Of a stretch of 64,000 nt of DNA, positions 38,170-47,686 are shown piece after piece. The stretch is from a virus, in IMG/VR virus record IMGVR_UViG_3300042691_031577, positions 1-64,000 of that record; one strand, written 5' to 3'. Under the pieces are notes generated by a model. The model searched no databases. It saw only the letters and a program-made list of their open reading frames with translations, and was not told where the DNA came from. The stretch's first letter is position 1, and each line of letters begins with the position of its first letter. Both the position numbers and the translations under genes were made by a program.

Positions 38170-39410
38170 ATCAAATTCTTCACATTTACTAAATACAAAT
38201 TACTACTATCTAATGATACAAAAGTTAATATATCTGTTCCAGTTGTAGTTGTAGGAGTATAAGAAGATCCACTTGGTTGTTTAACTGTAGAAGGAAAACT
38301 AACTGTAGCAGATCCTGTAGTAGATAGTAGAAGTATACTTGATTGACCTGGTTTAATATTTGAAGGATTAATATGTGTATTTACTCCTGCTACTAACTGT
38401 AAAGTAAAGAAATTACCTGAGTTTAAATTTAATGATGCTGTGTTTGATGATATAGTTAAAGTTGTAACATTTCCTTGAGTAGAACCTGTGATAACAACAC
38501 TTTGATTAAGATTATTAATGAATGAGGATGATATACTGTTATTTGCCCAACTAGAAGTACCTAATAAAGACCCAGTTATACCATTAGTAACATTTAAAGT
38601 ACCTGTAATAGAGGTATTAATACCTATAGAAACATTTGAATCATTATCTATAATATTTGAATCATATAAATGGTCTCCACCCTGTCCTCTTAATACTCTG
38701 TATTGAGTAGGATAAATTACATTTGACAATGATCCAGTGTTACGAGGTCCTGACATGAATCCTCCACCATTATATGTGCTTCCACTAGCATTCTCGTAAA
38801 CAAAGTGATTTGTTTGAGAATCCCAAACAATAGAAGAAGTAGTATTCGATCCAGAATCATACACTTGAATACCTGAAAAACGAGCTGGTGTACCAGATGA
38901 GTTTAAAACAATATATTGATCTCCTATAATTACAGCTGATCCAGAAATATATTCTACATATCCAATAGAAGCAGATACTGCGTTTAATATATTTGTATTT
39001 ATGTTATTATTAACTAATAAATTTGAGGCTGTTAAATTTAGTCCACTGTTAATATTTGAAGCAAAAGATGATGTTATGCTATTATTTGCCCAACTAGAAG
39101 TTCCAAATAATGAACCTGTAAATCCTAAAGTTGATGTTGTAGATCCTGTTATTATTTGATTACCATTAAAGTTATTTGAACCTGTAGTAGCAAATGAACC
39201 TGTTGCAAATGAACCTGTACCTGGAGATCCAGCTGCTCCTGCTATTCCTTGAGGGCCGGGCGTTGCTACCTGTATTATATTGAGTGCGGGTTGGATAAGA
39301 CTAATTTCAATGTTACTGGTTTCATTAACAACTGTTATTTGGTTGTTATTATTTTGTACAGTAACACTATTAGTTGTGTTTACTATTTCAACTTGATTAG
39401 GTGTAGCCAT
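38166..39410 (-). CDS. fibre-like structural protein with short collagen-like segment
   Basis: PGPQGIAGAAG, FATTGSN.F.GNQ, TGSL.GT repeats shared with the other fibre proteins. Confidence 0.7.
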   Translation of the reverse strand: MATPNQVEIVNTTNSVTVQNNNNQITVVNETSNIEISLIQPALNIIQVATPGPQGIAGAAGSPGTGSFATGSFATTGSNNFNGNQIITGSTTSTLGFTGSLFGTSSWANNSITSSFASNINSGLNLTASNLLVNNNINTNILNAVSASIGYVEYISGSAVIIGDQYIVLNSSGTPARFSGIQVYDSGSNTTSSIVWDSQTNHFVYENASGSTYNGGGFMSGPRNTGSLSNVIYPTQYRVLRGQGGDHLYDSNIIDNDSNVSIGINTSITGTLNVTNGITGSLLGTSSWANNSISSSFINNLNQSVVITGSTQGNVTTLTISSNTASLNLNSGNFFTLQLVAGVNTHINPSNIKPGQSSILLLSTTGSATVSFPSTVKQPSGSSYTPTTTTGTDILTFVSLDSSNLYLVNVKNLI

Positions 39411-39817
39411 TAATATGTTACTTGTTTAGAAATACTTATTCTACCTTCTAATATTCTTGTTCTAATACTTCCTGAGGTTATTTCTAAATCATAATATGCT
39501 TGGTCAGTAAATGTTAAAGCGTCTGTAGCTGCCCAACCAGCGTATATTCCTATACTACCTGATGTAGTTGGTTTTGTTTGGGTACTACCGGCAAAACATA
39601 AAAATACACTACCACTAGTTTTAGCAGGAGTAAGATCAGCTAAACTAGAGGTAAATGTTAAATAAGTTGTGCCACTACCACTATAACTTGAGCGTATTTG
39701 CATAGCTCCAGTATATCCTGTTAGGTCTATAGGATTACCATTAGAATCTTTATATTGAATTTCAAAATCTAAAGTAGCCCCTTGCTCTATTATAAATGAA
39801 TATTTTCCAGCTGACAT
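39410..39817 (-). CDS. virion structural protein (fibre attachment, BppU-like)
   Basis: IEQGAT..YKDSNGNPIDLTGYTGAMQIR..YYDLEI..RILEG. Confidence 0.65.
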   Translation of the reverse strand: MSAGKYSFIIEQGATLDFEIQYKDSNGNPIDLTGYTGAMQIRSSYSGSGTTYLTFTSSLADLTPAKTSGSVFLCFAGSTQTKPTTSGSIGIYAGWAATDALTFTDQAYYDLEITSGSIRTRILEGRISISKQVTY

Positions 39818-39844
39818 GTGTTTTACTATAAATATTGGAAAATA

Positions 39845-40513
39845 CTATTTTCCGTATTCATAATCTAATATTTTACCAACTAGATCTGAGCGGTGGTTTT
39901 CTTTTAGTTTAACCCATTTTATTTCATCAATCTTTTTAGACATTTCAATAGCATATGTTAAACCATTCATTTGTCCGTCAGGTGTTTTGATGTCTGTTTG
40001 CTCATTATCGCCATTTACAACGATTTTACCGTTTTTACCTAAACGAGTTAATATGGCTAACATTTCGCCTTTAGTTAGGTTTTGAGCTTCTTCAACAATT
40101 AATATATCATCAATTGTTTTACCACGTATAAATTGTACTGGCATTGCTTTTACTTTGCCTTGTTCAATTAATTTAGATACTTCATTTTTGTCAACACAGC
40201 ATTTGTTTAAATTTTCAACTAATGCTTCCATGTATGGATCAAATTTTTCATTTAAAGCACCAGGTAAATAACCTAAACTTTTACCTACTTCAACTGCTGC
40301 GCGTGTGTTGTATATACAGTCAATTTGTTTTTTCTTTAAAAAATCTAATGCTGCGTTAGCACATACTAATGATTTTCCTGAACCTGCTCTACCTGTGATT
40401 ATTACTATTTGATTTTCAATAATTAATCGTTTGGCTTCTTTTTGTTCTTCATTTAATTGTAGGGCGTTGATTGCTTTAATTTCGCTTTTGCGTTCACGAT
40501 TTGGCTCCTTCAT
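39845..40513 (-). CDS. phoH: PhoH-like ATPase
   Basis: GRAGSGKS, LGYLPG..EKFDPY, FIRGKT, EEAQN, LTRLG, GDNEQTD. Confidence 0.93.
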   Translation of the reverse strand: MKEPNRERKSEIKAINALQLNEEQKEAKRLIIENQIVIITGRAGSGKSLVCANAALDFLKKKQIDCIYNTRAAVEVGKSLGYLPGALNEKFDPYMEALVENLNKCCVDKNEVSKLIEQGKVKAMPVQFIRGKTIDDILIVEEAQNLTKGEMLAILTRLGKNGKIVVNGDNEQTDIKTPDGQMNGLTYAIEMSKKIDEIKWVKLKENHRSDLVGKILDYEYGK

Positions 40514-40545
40514 AATAACAATTATTTAATATAAATATAACAAAA

Positions 40546-40568
40546 AAAGCCGAGCAATGCTCGGCTTT
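40546..40568 (-). terminator. intrinsic terminator
   Basis: AAAGCCGAGC-ATT-GCTCGGCTTT followed by a T tract. Confidence 0.75.
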
Positions 40569-40592
40569 CTTATATTTCTAAGTTAAGTTAGA

Positions 40593-40883
40593 TTAGATAT
40601 TTTCAATAAAGGTATATTCTGATTCGTCTGATATTTTGTTAATAAGTTGACGAAAATCACTACTGCTTAATTTATTTCCTGGTATTAGGTTAGGGTTTCT
40701 TGGGATGATTACGTCATTTACTATTGTATATACATCATCATGTGAAATTTCATTGTTGTTATAGTTATTATCCATATAAAATATAACTTTATCATATAAT
40801 GTATTTAATAAACTATTATTGTTTTCATTTATAATCCCAGCTAACTGCTGCATTCTTTTGATTTCATTAATTACTGTTTTCAT
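40593..40883 (-). CDS. hypothetical protein with EIKRMQQLAGI leader
   Basis: MKTVINEIKRMQQLAGIINE; ATATTTAT at 40888-40895. Confidence 0.75.
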   Translation of the reverse strand: MKTVINEIKRMQQLAGIINENNNSLLNTLYDKVIFYMDNNYNNNEISHDDVYTIVNDVIIPRNPNLIPGNKLSSSDFRQLINKISDESEYTFIENI

Positions 40884-41433
40884 GTATATAAATATTATCA
40901 GACTTTACTCTATTATCAGTTATTGTAAGTGGTTGGGTATTAGTGTAGTGGAATGATCCGCCTTTAGCTAACGGATATATATGATCTATTTCCCAATATG
41001 AACCATAATTATCCCAATTTATTTCTGGTGTGAACATTGGTTCAAGGTATTCTTTGTATTCTTGTATTGTACAACCTAAATATTCAATACTACTTTGTGA
41101 TTTACCTTTTTTAAGGTGGTGGTTGATGAGAGCGTTGATTGCGTGGCGGAGACGGAATAGTGGGTCTGTATCCATTTTATACCTATTCCATTCGCGGTAG
41201 TAGTCTTTATTTGTATGATAATGTTCGTTTACTAATTTTTTATGGTATTCTTTGTTTTCTTCTCTCCATTTTGATGTACGAGTATTGTGTTCGTCTTTGT
41301 GAGTAGAATAATATTGTTTACCTTCTACTTTTTGACAGTCTACACAATAACGATGTAGTCCGTCTTTTTCTCCTTTGCGTTTCCAATATTGATCTAGTGG
41401 TTTATCAACACCACATTTTTTACATGTTTTCAT
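40867..41433 (-). CDS. HNH homing endonuclease
   Basis: CKKC/CVDC Zn ribbon, WEIDHIYPL, HYTNTQPL..DN..KSD. Start MKTCKKC. Confidence 0.85.
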   Translation of the reverse strand: MKTCKKCGVDKPLDQYWKRKGEKDGLHRYCVDCQKVEGKQYYSTHKDEHNTRTSKWREENKEYHKKLVNEHYHTNKDYYREWNRYKMDTDPLFRLRHAINALINHHLKKGKSQSSIEYLGCTIQEYKEYLEPMFTPEINWDNYGSYWEIDHIYPLAKGGSFHYTNTQPLTITDNRVKSDNIYIHENSN

Positions 41434-41457
41434 ACGTGTATAAATATACAAAAGAAA

Positions 41458-41479
41458 GGCCGGACTACAAAGTCCGGCC
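41458..41479 (-). terminator. intrinsic terminator after the major capsid gene
   Basis: GGCCGGACT-TTGT-AGTCCGGCC-TTTCTTTT. Confidence 0.85.
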
Positions 41480-41519
41480 ATTCTCTTTTTAACCTTACGG
41501 TTAGTTATGTTATACTAGA

Positions 41520-43115
41520 TTAAAGAGTATTTAAACCAGCAACATATACCTTCCCATAATAATCTGGACGTATCATCTTCTTAGCGTAACGAGTCATCAA
41601 ACCTTTACGTGGAGTGAAGGTATTTGGATCGTACAGAAGTGGAGTCATGATCAACGGAACGTATGGAGCGAATACAGCACCACACTCTAGGAACTGAGCA
41701 CCTTTGTAACCCATTAAGATTACGTTTTCAGTCATGTATGGATTTTTGTATACTTTGTAGCGGCTGTTTAAGCTACCGATTTTCTGGATACCAAAGTTGT
41801 ATTCCATTTTCTCACCATCACCATCTGATGCGAATCCAGGGATAGATTCTAAGATAGTTGCTACGGTAGGTGAAGTAACTAAGAAGTTAGCGCCACCACG
41901 TAGGGTTAACTGATGAATTTTGTTAGATACTTTCTGTAATTTGGTACCTAAAGTTTGGAACCAACCACCTTGAGTGTTATAGAAACCTAAAGCGTTGTTA
42001 GTTACACCACTAGCACCTACAGCTTGATTGTTAATTGCTGACCAGTATTCAGTTGTGAAAGCGTTTTCGATTAACATATCTAACAATTCAAGATCAATTT
42101 CCATTGAAATGTATTGTGATAAGATACCAGTTAATTCAGCTTCAGCGTCTACTGAATGGTAAGCGTTCAAATCTTGAGCGAATTCAGGTGTCCATTGAGC
42201 TTTCAATTTGCGTGTTTTAGCAACGATAGCTTCAGATTTTAACTGAACGTTAATTTCTGGGATAGAAATTGCTGAATTGCTAAGAGCGTTAGGATAACCA
42301 GCACCGCTAGCATCTTCGAAATCACCACGTGAAGTAGCTGTAGGTTGTACGTTGTAGAATAATACTACAGTTTGAGTAGGGTTATTAGATACTAATGAAC
42401 CAGTTACTACGAATGAAGCTGTGTTGTTGGCTACAGTAGTGTAAGTTTGTAAAATATCAGTAGCGGTAATTGAACCTGAAGTGAATACAAACGCGCGTAC
42501 ACCATTTTGGTCAGCAGCAGTAGGTAGAGGAACATTAATTACTTTGTAAGTAGAGAATGAAGATGTGTAATCAGCATCTAAGTTAAATGTAGCCCAGCTA
42601 GTTGAACCAGTTGTAGCAGCGATAGAAGCTGAGAATTGGTTAACAGAATAACCGAATCTACCAGCACCATATAATGAAGCTGAAGCGATATCAGTTACGT
42701 TTGTAGTTGCGTTAGCACCATACAATGAACCGTTAGTAGCGAATGGTTTTACACCAGTACCATATTTGAAATCAAGATAGAATACAAGACCTGAAGGTAA
42801 GTTCATAGGTTGTACACTAACGAATTCTTTTGCAGCGATTTCACCGAATACACGGCGAACTAATGGAAGGGCAACACCGTTCCAGCTCTCACCACTGTAA
42901 GTACCAGCACCAGATGCTTGAGTACCAGTTTGAGAAGTTTCTACTACTAATTGTTTTGCTTGATTTTCTAATAACATAGCCATTGTGTTACGGCTGTTAT
43001 TGTCTTTTAAACCTTCTAATAGGCCTGATTTTGCCCATTTGTCTTGAAGGCGTTTTGCGTCATCTTGAACCGATTTAAATTGGTTTGATGATTCTAATAA
43101 TTGTTGAATGTTCAT
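41520..43115 (-). CDS. major capsid protein (gp23-like)
   Basis: LLENQ, PLVRRVF, VSVQPMNLPSGLVFYLDF, AKTRKLKAQWTPEFAQDL, APYVPL, GLMTRY. Confidence 0.97.
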   Translation of the reverse strand: MNIQQLLESSNQFKSVQDDAKRLQDKWAKSGLLEGLKDNNSRNTMAMLLENQAKQLVVETSQTGTQASGAGTYSGESWNGVALPLVRRVFGEIAAKEFVSVQPMNLPSGLVFYLDFKYGTGVKPFATNGSLYGANATTNVTDIASASLYGAGRFGYSVNQFSASIAATTGSTSWATFNLDADYTSSFSTYKVINVPLPTAADQNGVRAFVFTSGSITATDILQTYTTVANNTASFVVTGSLVSNNPTQTVVLFYNVQPTATSRGDFEDASGAGYPNALSNSAISIPEINVQLKSEAIVAKTRKLKAQWTPEFAQDLNAYHSVDAEAELTGILSQYISMEIDLELLDMLIENAFTTEYWSAINNQAVGASGVTNNALGFYNTQGGWFQTLGTKLQKVSNKIHQLTLRGGANFLVTSPTVATILESIPGFASDGDGEKMEYNFGIQKIGSLNSRYKVYKNPYMTENVILMGYKGAQFLECGAVFAPYVPLIMTPLLYDPNTFTPRKGLMTRYAKKMIRPDYYGKVYVAGLNTL

Positions 43116-43140
43116 TTTGTTTAAAAATTAAATTAAATTG

Positions 43141-44178
43141 TTACTTAATAATGTTAGCTAGTTTTTGCATACGTGAAATAACGTCATTTGACTCTACGAT
43201 TTGTTTCTTAGGAGCAATACCTGCTGCTTTTGAAGCAAATCCTAAAGATTCCTTAATAGGTGATTTCTTTTTAACTGCGCTTAAAGTAGTTTCTAATGAT
43301 TCGTAAACCATTTTAGCTTCTTTAGGTGTAGTTGCTTTGTCGAATGATGCAATCACGTTTAATTTTTGAGATTCAGTTAAGTTTTTAGATTTGAAAATTT
43401 TGTTAACGTAAAGCAATTTAGCGTTTAATAAATTCACTTCATTTAATTCTTTACGAAGTGTATTAATTACGTTAATAGCTTCTTTCATTTCTTTTTTCTC
43501 TTCTTCTTTCTCTTTTTTCATAACTTTTTTCTTTTTAGCTTCTTCTAGTTCTTCATTTTCATCTAATGATTCTAGTTCAGCTAGTAATTCGTCAAGATTG
43601 ATTTCTTCTTCGTCAGACATTTCCATTTCTTCACCACCCATTTCATCACCCATGTCCATACTCATTTCTTCTTCACCGGCTTCAGCTCCCATTTCTCCTG
43701 TTTCCAATTCTTGGCTAACGATGTCTTTAATTAGATCTTTAAGATCTTCAATAGACATGTCTTTAACTTCCATTTCTTCTTCTTCAGTTTCTTCGGTTTC
43801 TTCTTCGCCTTCTTCTTCACCTTCTTCTTCTTTTTCTTCTTCTTTCTTAGCTTCTTCTAAAGTTTCTTCAGCTTCTAGTTCAGCTAAAATAGCAGATAGA
43901 TCGAATTCTTCTTCAAGATTGAAATCAAGATTAGCATCACTGTTTTCTTCGTGAGATGATGTAAATCCTTCTTCCATTTCTTTTTCGCCTTTTTTCATAG
44001 CTTCTTCTTCCATTCCATATTCTTCATCCATGTCCATCTCGTTTAATTTAGCGACTAACATGTTTTGAATACTTGGAGTCAAAGCTTCTTCAAGGGCTTC
44101 TTTTGCGTTTAACAACGCTGCTTCGCGAACGGCTTTAGCGTCAACGATAGCCTCTTCAAATAGTTTTTTGTTTGACAT
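43141..44178 (-). CDS. prohead core scaffold protein (gp22-like)
   Basis: Very acidic; EVNLLNAKLLYVNK; sits between protease and capsid; ends RMQKLANIIK. Confidence 0.85.
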   Translation of the reverse strand: MSNKKLFEEAIVDAKAVREAALLNAKEALEEALTPSIQNMLVAKLNEMDMDEEYGMEEEAMKKGEKEMEEGFTSSHEENSDANLDFNLEEEFDLSAILAELEAEETLEEAKKEEEKEEEGEEEGEEETEETEEEEMEVKDMSIEDLKDLIKDIVSQELETGEMGAEAGEEEMSMDMGDEMGGEEMEMSDEEEINLDELLAELESLDENEELEEAKKKKVMKKEKEEEKKEMKEAINVINTLRKELNEVNLLNAKLLYVNKIFKSKNLTESQKLNVIASFDKATTPKEAKMVYESLETTLSAVKKKSPIKESLGFASKAAGIAPKKQIVESNDVISRMQKLANIIK

Positions 44179-44184
44179 TTTTGT

Positions 44185-44191
44185 CCTCCTT
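44185..44191 (-). promoter_or_regulatory. strong Shine-Dalgarno sequence of the scaffold gene
   Basis: AAGGAGG-ACAAAA-ATG. Confidence 0.6.
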
Positions 44192-44329
44192 AAATTTGTT
44201 TTTGGAAATAAGATTATTAGGAATCTTAATAGAATTTTGTTTAAAATACCGAGCTATAATGCAGAATGATTATGAATAGCTCATTGCGGTCAAATATACA
44301 TATATGAAAATAGCAAAAAACGCAAAAGA

Positions 44330-44355
44330 AATGCCTCCTTTTTAGGGGAGGCATT
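44330..44355 (-). terminator. intrinsic terminator
   Basis: AATGCCTCC/GGAGGCATT stem followed by TCTTTT. Confidence 0.7.
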
Positions 44356-44396
44356 AGCCTAACGATACTATCGATAGGGGGGATATTATTTTATTT

Positions 44397-44753
44397 TTAC
44401 ATTTTGGTTATCATATCAAAATCACCTTGTGATTTGACTAACATTATATCTTTCATTTCTGCATCTTCTCCTGGTTCAGGAACATATCCTCCTGGGGGTT
44501 GGATAGGTTTACTTAATTCTATATTTAATATATCTGTTGGATTGTTATCTGACATTATGTCATAATGTTGGATTTGTGTTATTACTCCTGTTAAACCTTC
44601 ATAATATTCTATAGGATTTTCAAATCCATATGCATACATTACTTCAGGATTAAATCTTACTTTATCTCCTACTTTAAAATTAGAAGAATATTCTTCTTTA
44701 ATCAATCCAGCTAATTGCTGCATTCTTTTAATTTCATTTAGTTGTGTTTTCAT
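44397..44753 (-). CDS. hypothetical protein with EIKRMQQLAGL leader and KOW/SH3-like body
   Basis: MKTQLNEIKRMQQLAGLIKEE followed by FKVGDKVRF. Confidence 0.75.
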   Translation of the reverse strand: MKTQLNEIKRMQQLAGLIKEEYSSNFKVGDKVRFNPEVMYAYGFENPIEYYEGLTGVITQIQHYDIMSDNNPTDILNIELSKPIQPPGGYVPEPGEDAEMKDIMLVKSQGDFDMITKM

Positions 44754-44771
44754 AGTTACAAATATTATATT

Positions 44772-45392
44772 TTAACACAAAGCACATACTCCTGTTTGAG
44801 TACATATGATTTCTGTAATTAATTCGTTTACTTTACTATAATTTTTATCTGATTGATATTGTTTACCTTCAGATAATGTCATATATGCGTTTGGAGTACT
44901 AGGTACTGAAACTAAATCCCAGCATAGTAATTCAAAATCGTCTTGAACTTCAACAGTTTCACCTATTTGGCGTACTGAGCCCATACCTCTTGATGATATA
45001 CCTAATGGAATATTAGCTTTAATAATTTCTTGAGCGATTTTACCTGATGGAGTATTTAATAGAGTTAATTCTCCCATTACATCATTACCTTCCCACCATA
45101 TTTTAGTAATTAAGTGAGATACATTACTTAAATTAATGATAGATGATTCAGGGTGATCTAATTCACCTGTTGATGTTCTAGTTTTTAAAGGACCATTTAT
45201 ATATTTGTCTATTTGTTCCTTTAAAACATTAAGAGGATAAACACGACCATTACCGTTTTTAACACCGGCTTCTTGTAATTTACCTCTAACGCGCATCAAA
45301 CCATCGCCTAGTTTACTGTCTTTTCCTTCAGTAATAGGTTGTAGTTTGGCTACGTGGAACGGTATATGATCTACTAGTAATTGCTTATTCAT
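44772..45392 (-). CDS. prohead protease (gp21-like)
   Basis: NGNGRVYP, GELDHP, SHLIT, GISSRGMGS, WDLVSVPSTPNA. Confidence 0.95.
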   Translation of the reverse strand: MNKQLLVDHIPFHVAKLQPITEGKDSKLGDGLMRVRGKLQEAGVKNGNGRVYPLNVLKEQIDKYINGPLKTRTSTGELDHPESSIINLSNVSHLITKIWWEGNDVMGELTLLNTPSGKIAQEIIKANIPLGISSRGMGSVRQIGETVEVQDDFELLCWDLVSVPSTPNAYMTLSEGKQYQSDKNYSKVNELITEIICTQTGVCALC

Positions 45393-45394
45393 AA

Positions 45395-47152
45395 TTATAT
45401 TTCGTCATTTCTATCTAAGTAAAAATCGTCTTGGTCTTTACCATTAGATAATACTAATTTAATATCATTTCCGAAGGGCTCCACAGAAACTACTTCTACT
45501 TCTTCACCCATTACAAATTTACCTAAATCAGCTCCTAGTTTAAATTTATTACCTACCGATAATGAGCTTGCTTTAGCTTCATCCATTTGATGACCAGCTA
45601 CATCTGTCATATTATCACCACCAGGTAAAGTCGAATACTCTAACATATCATCCATACCACTATCGTATCTTTCGTCAGCGTTATATTGGAATATATTATC
45701 ATCTATTTCTTTAGCAATAGCATCTGAAAAATTATACTTCTTTTGATACATTTTGATCAATTCCAATACATCACTAGAGTCATAACTGTCTCTATTTTCA
45801 AGTTCGTCTATAATTTTTTTTGTTAAAGCATTTACATCAGTATTTTGATTTTCTTTTAAAGCTGCTTTTTTCATCTTTTCACCAGTAGCATCCATTTTCT
45901 TAACGCCACGAACTGTTTTAGCTACTAATGACATTATTTTGATACCGGTTTCTGGTTTATTGGTTTCTTTATTAGCTTTATTAGCAGATGCTTTATCTTT
46001 TTCAATTCCTTTTACGGGTTGCATTCCCATTTTCTTATCAACTACATTGCTCATGTTTTTATCAAGTAATTGCATCTGACGTGCATCTGCATTAGCTGAT
46101 TTACCACCAATATATTCTAGTTCGTATCCTTCTTTACCAGCCATTAATGAGTCAGTATAATAAAATGGATTCTTTTTTAGATTCTTAATTGCGATTTTTG
46201 CGGCTTCTTTTTTGGTTAAATCGTTATTTTTTTCAATTTCATAATCTATACCGATTAAAACTTCTTGACCGTTTAAATTGTCGATTTCAGAAAATTTAGA
46301 ATATAATTCTTTACCACTGGTGTTAGTAGTATAAGATTCATTCAATGACATTCTTTGCTCTAAGTCATCAATCATTTTCTTAATTTTCTCAGTTGGCGTT
46401 TTAGCATATATTTTCTTTAAGAAATTAAGCTCAGATTGGTCTATTTTTTTATCAACACCATATTTTTCTTCTGGGGTTTGTTTAGGTTTGATACTCATAC
46501 TAGCTGCTTTTCTTTCTGCTTCTGCTTCAGGGTCACCTGCTATTCCGTAGATATCAGCTTCTTTTAATGATTCGTATGGTGGTAAATCAAACTCAGTCCA
46601 TCCTAACCATGAACCTGCTTTTAAAGCAGCATCGTAATATTTTTCAGCTTTTAATAAATCACCTTCAGAGTATGCTTGTAATCCTTTTTCATAGTATTCT
46701 TCAGCTTGTACCATAGATTTCATATCAAAATCACGATCGCCATCAGTTGGATCAGATGAAAAATAAGGATTTTCGTTTTCTTCAGTATACATTCCTGTTT
46801 TACCTTTAATAGGATTTAATTCAACAACACCATTAACAGGTTCTGATATTCTATATATAGTATCATCTAATTCTGCTTTTAGTATATTATCAAAAAAAGC
46901 TAATTCAGGAAATACTTCTTTACCATTTAAGGTATAAGTATATTGATCATATTTTTCTAATTTTTCTTGATTTTTATCTTTAATATCAGCTTCAGTTAAG
47001 ATAGCTTTATTTCTTAATATTTTAACAGTATCATCAAATGATGTTGTATTAGTAACTAAATGAGGTAAAGTCATACGAACGTTACGCATAAATTGCGCTT
47101 GATTCATTTTACCTTCTTTTAAATCTATAAATTGTTGTTTTACACTTTTCAT
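45395..47152 (-). CDS. modular hypothetical head-associated protein
   Basis: 585 aa; blocks separated by LTE/LKE/LNE; one TPR-like helix pair. Confidence 0.7.
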   Translation of the reverse strand: MKSVKQQFIDLKEGKMNQAQFMRNVRMTLPHLVTNTTSFDDTVKILRNKAILTEADIKDKNQEKLEKYDQYTYTLNGKEVFPELAFFDNILKAELDDTIYRISEPVNGVVELNPIKGKTGMYTEENENPYFSSDPTDGDRDFDMKSMVQAEEYYEKGLQAYSEGDLLKAEKYYDAALKAGSWLGWTEFDLPPYESLKEADIYGIAGDPEAEAERKAASMSIKPKQTPEEKYGVDKKIDQSELNFLKKIYAKTPTEKIKKMIDDLEQRMSLNESYTTNTSGKELYSKFSEIDNLNGQEVLIGIDYEIEKNNDLTKKEAAKIAIKNLKKNPFYYTDSLMAGKEGYELEYIGGKSANADARQMQLLDKNMSNVVDKKMGMQPVKGIEKDKASANKANKETNKPETGIKIMSLVAKTVRGVKKMDATGEKMKKAALKENQNTDVNALTKKIIDELENRDSYDSSDVLELIKMYQKKYNFSDAIAKEIDDNIFQYNADERYDSGMDDMLEYSTLPGGDNMTDVAGHQMDEAKASSLSVGNKFKLGADLGKFVMGEEVEVVSVEPFGNDIKLVLSNGKDQDDFYLDRNDEI

Positions 47153-47168
47153 GCGTATAAATATTATG

Positions 47169-47555
47169 TTATATGTTAAAATACTGGCTTTTTAATTTGT
47201 CTACAGCTTCTACAATATGGTCTAAAGCTTCTTCTAATAAGTAAAGATCGTCATTTAAATTATCTAATTTAGTAACTAGATTATCTAATTTAGACACGTT
47301 ATCTGGGTATTCAGCGACATCATACATTTCAACTACTTTGTAGTATTTTTGAGCTTTACTATCAAGAAATGATCTAGTTTGTTTTACTTTATCTAACAAA
47401 GAATTTATTTCATCTGGAGATTCAATGACGCTTTGTATGCTAATATCATATATTTTTGAACGTAATGTTCTAAATATATTTTCTGCTGTTGATTTTTCTT
47501 TTTCAGCAGATAATACAAATTCATCTATCTTTTCTGGTGTATATGATATATCCAT
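47169..47555 (-). CDS. hypothetical helical protein
   Basis: 128-aa ORF. Confidence 0.7.
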   Translation of the reverse strand: MDISYTPEKIDEFVLSAEKEKSTAENIFRTLRSKIYDISIQSVIESPDEINSLLDKVKQTRSFLDSKAQKYYKVVEMYDVAEYPDNVSKLDNLVTKLDNLNDDLYLLEEALDHIVEAVDKLKSQYFNI

Positions 47556-47686
47556 TATCGTCCTTGTCCTCTATAGTTTTGTTCTGAGCTATCGTGTTTG
47601 TTAGTGCGTTTTTGAGCTTTGCCTTTTTTACGAACGCCAAAGCTTATTTTACGTGATTCTTTAGATGCTGCTTTTGCTTTTGCCAT
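47555..47686 (-). CDS. unannotated 43-aa basic protein ending YRGQGR
   Basis: MAKAKAASKESRKISFGVRKKGKAQKRTNKHDSSEQNYRGQGR*; TAATG-coupled at both ends. Confidence 0.8.
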   Translation of the reverse strand: MAKAKAASKESRKISFGVRKKGKAQKRTNKHDSSEQNYRGQGR

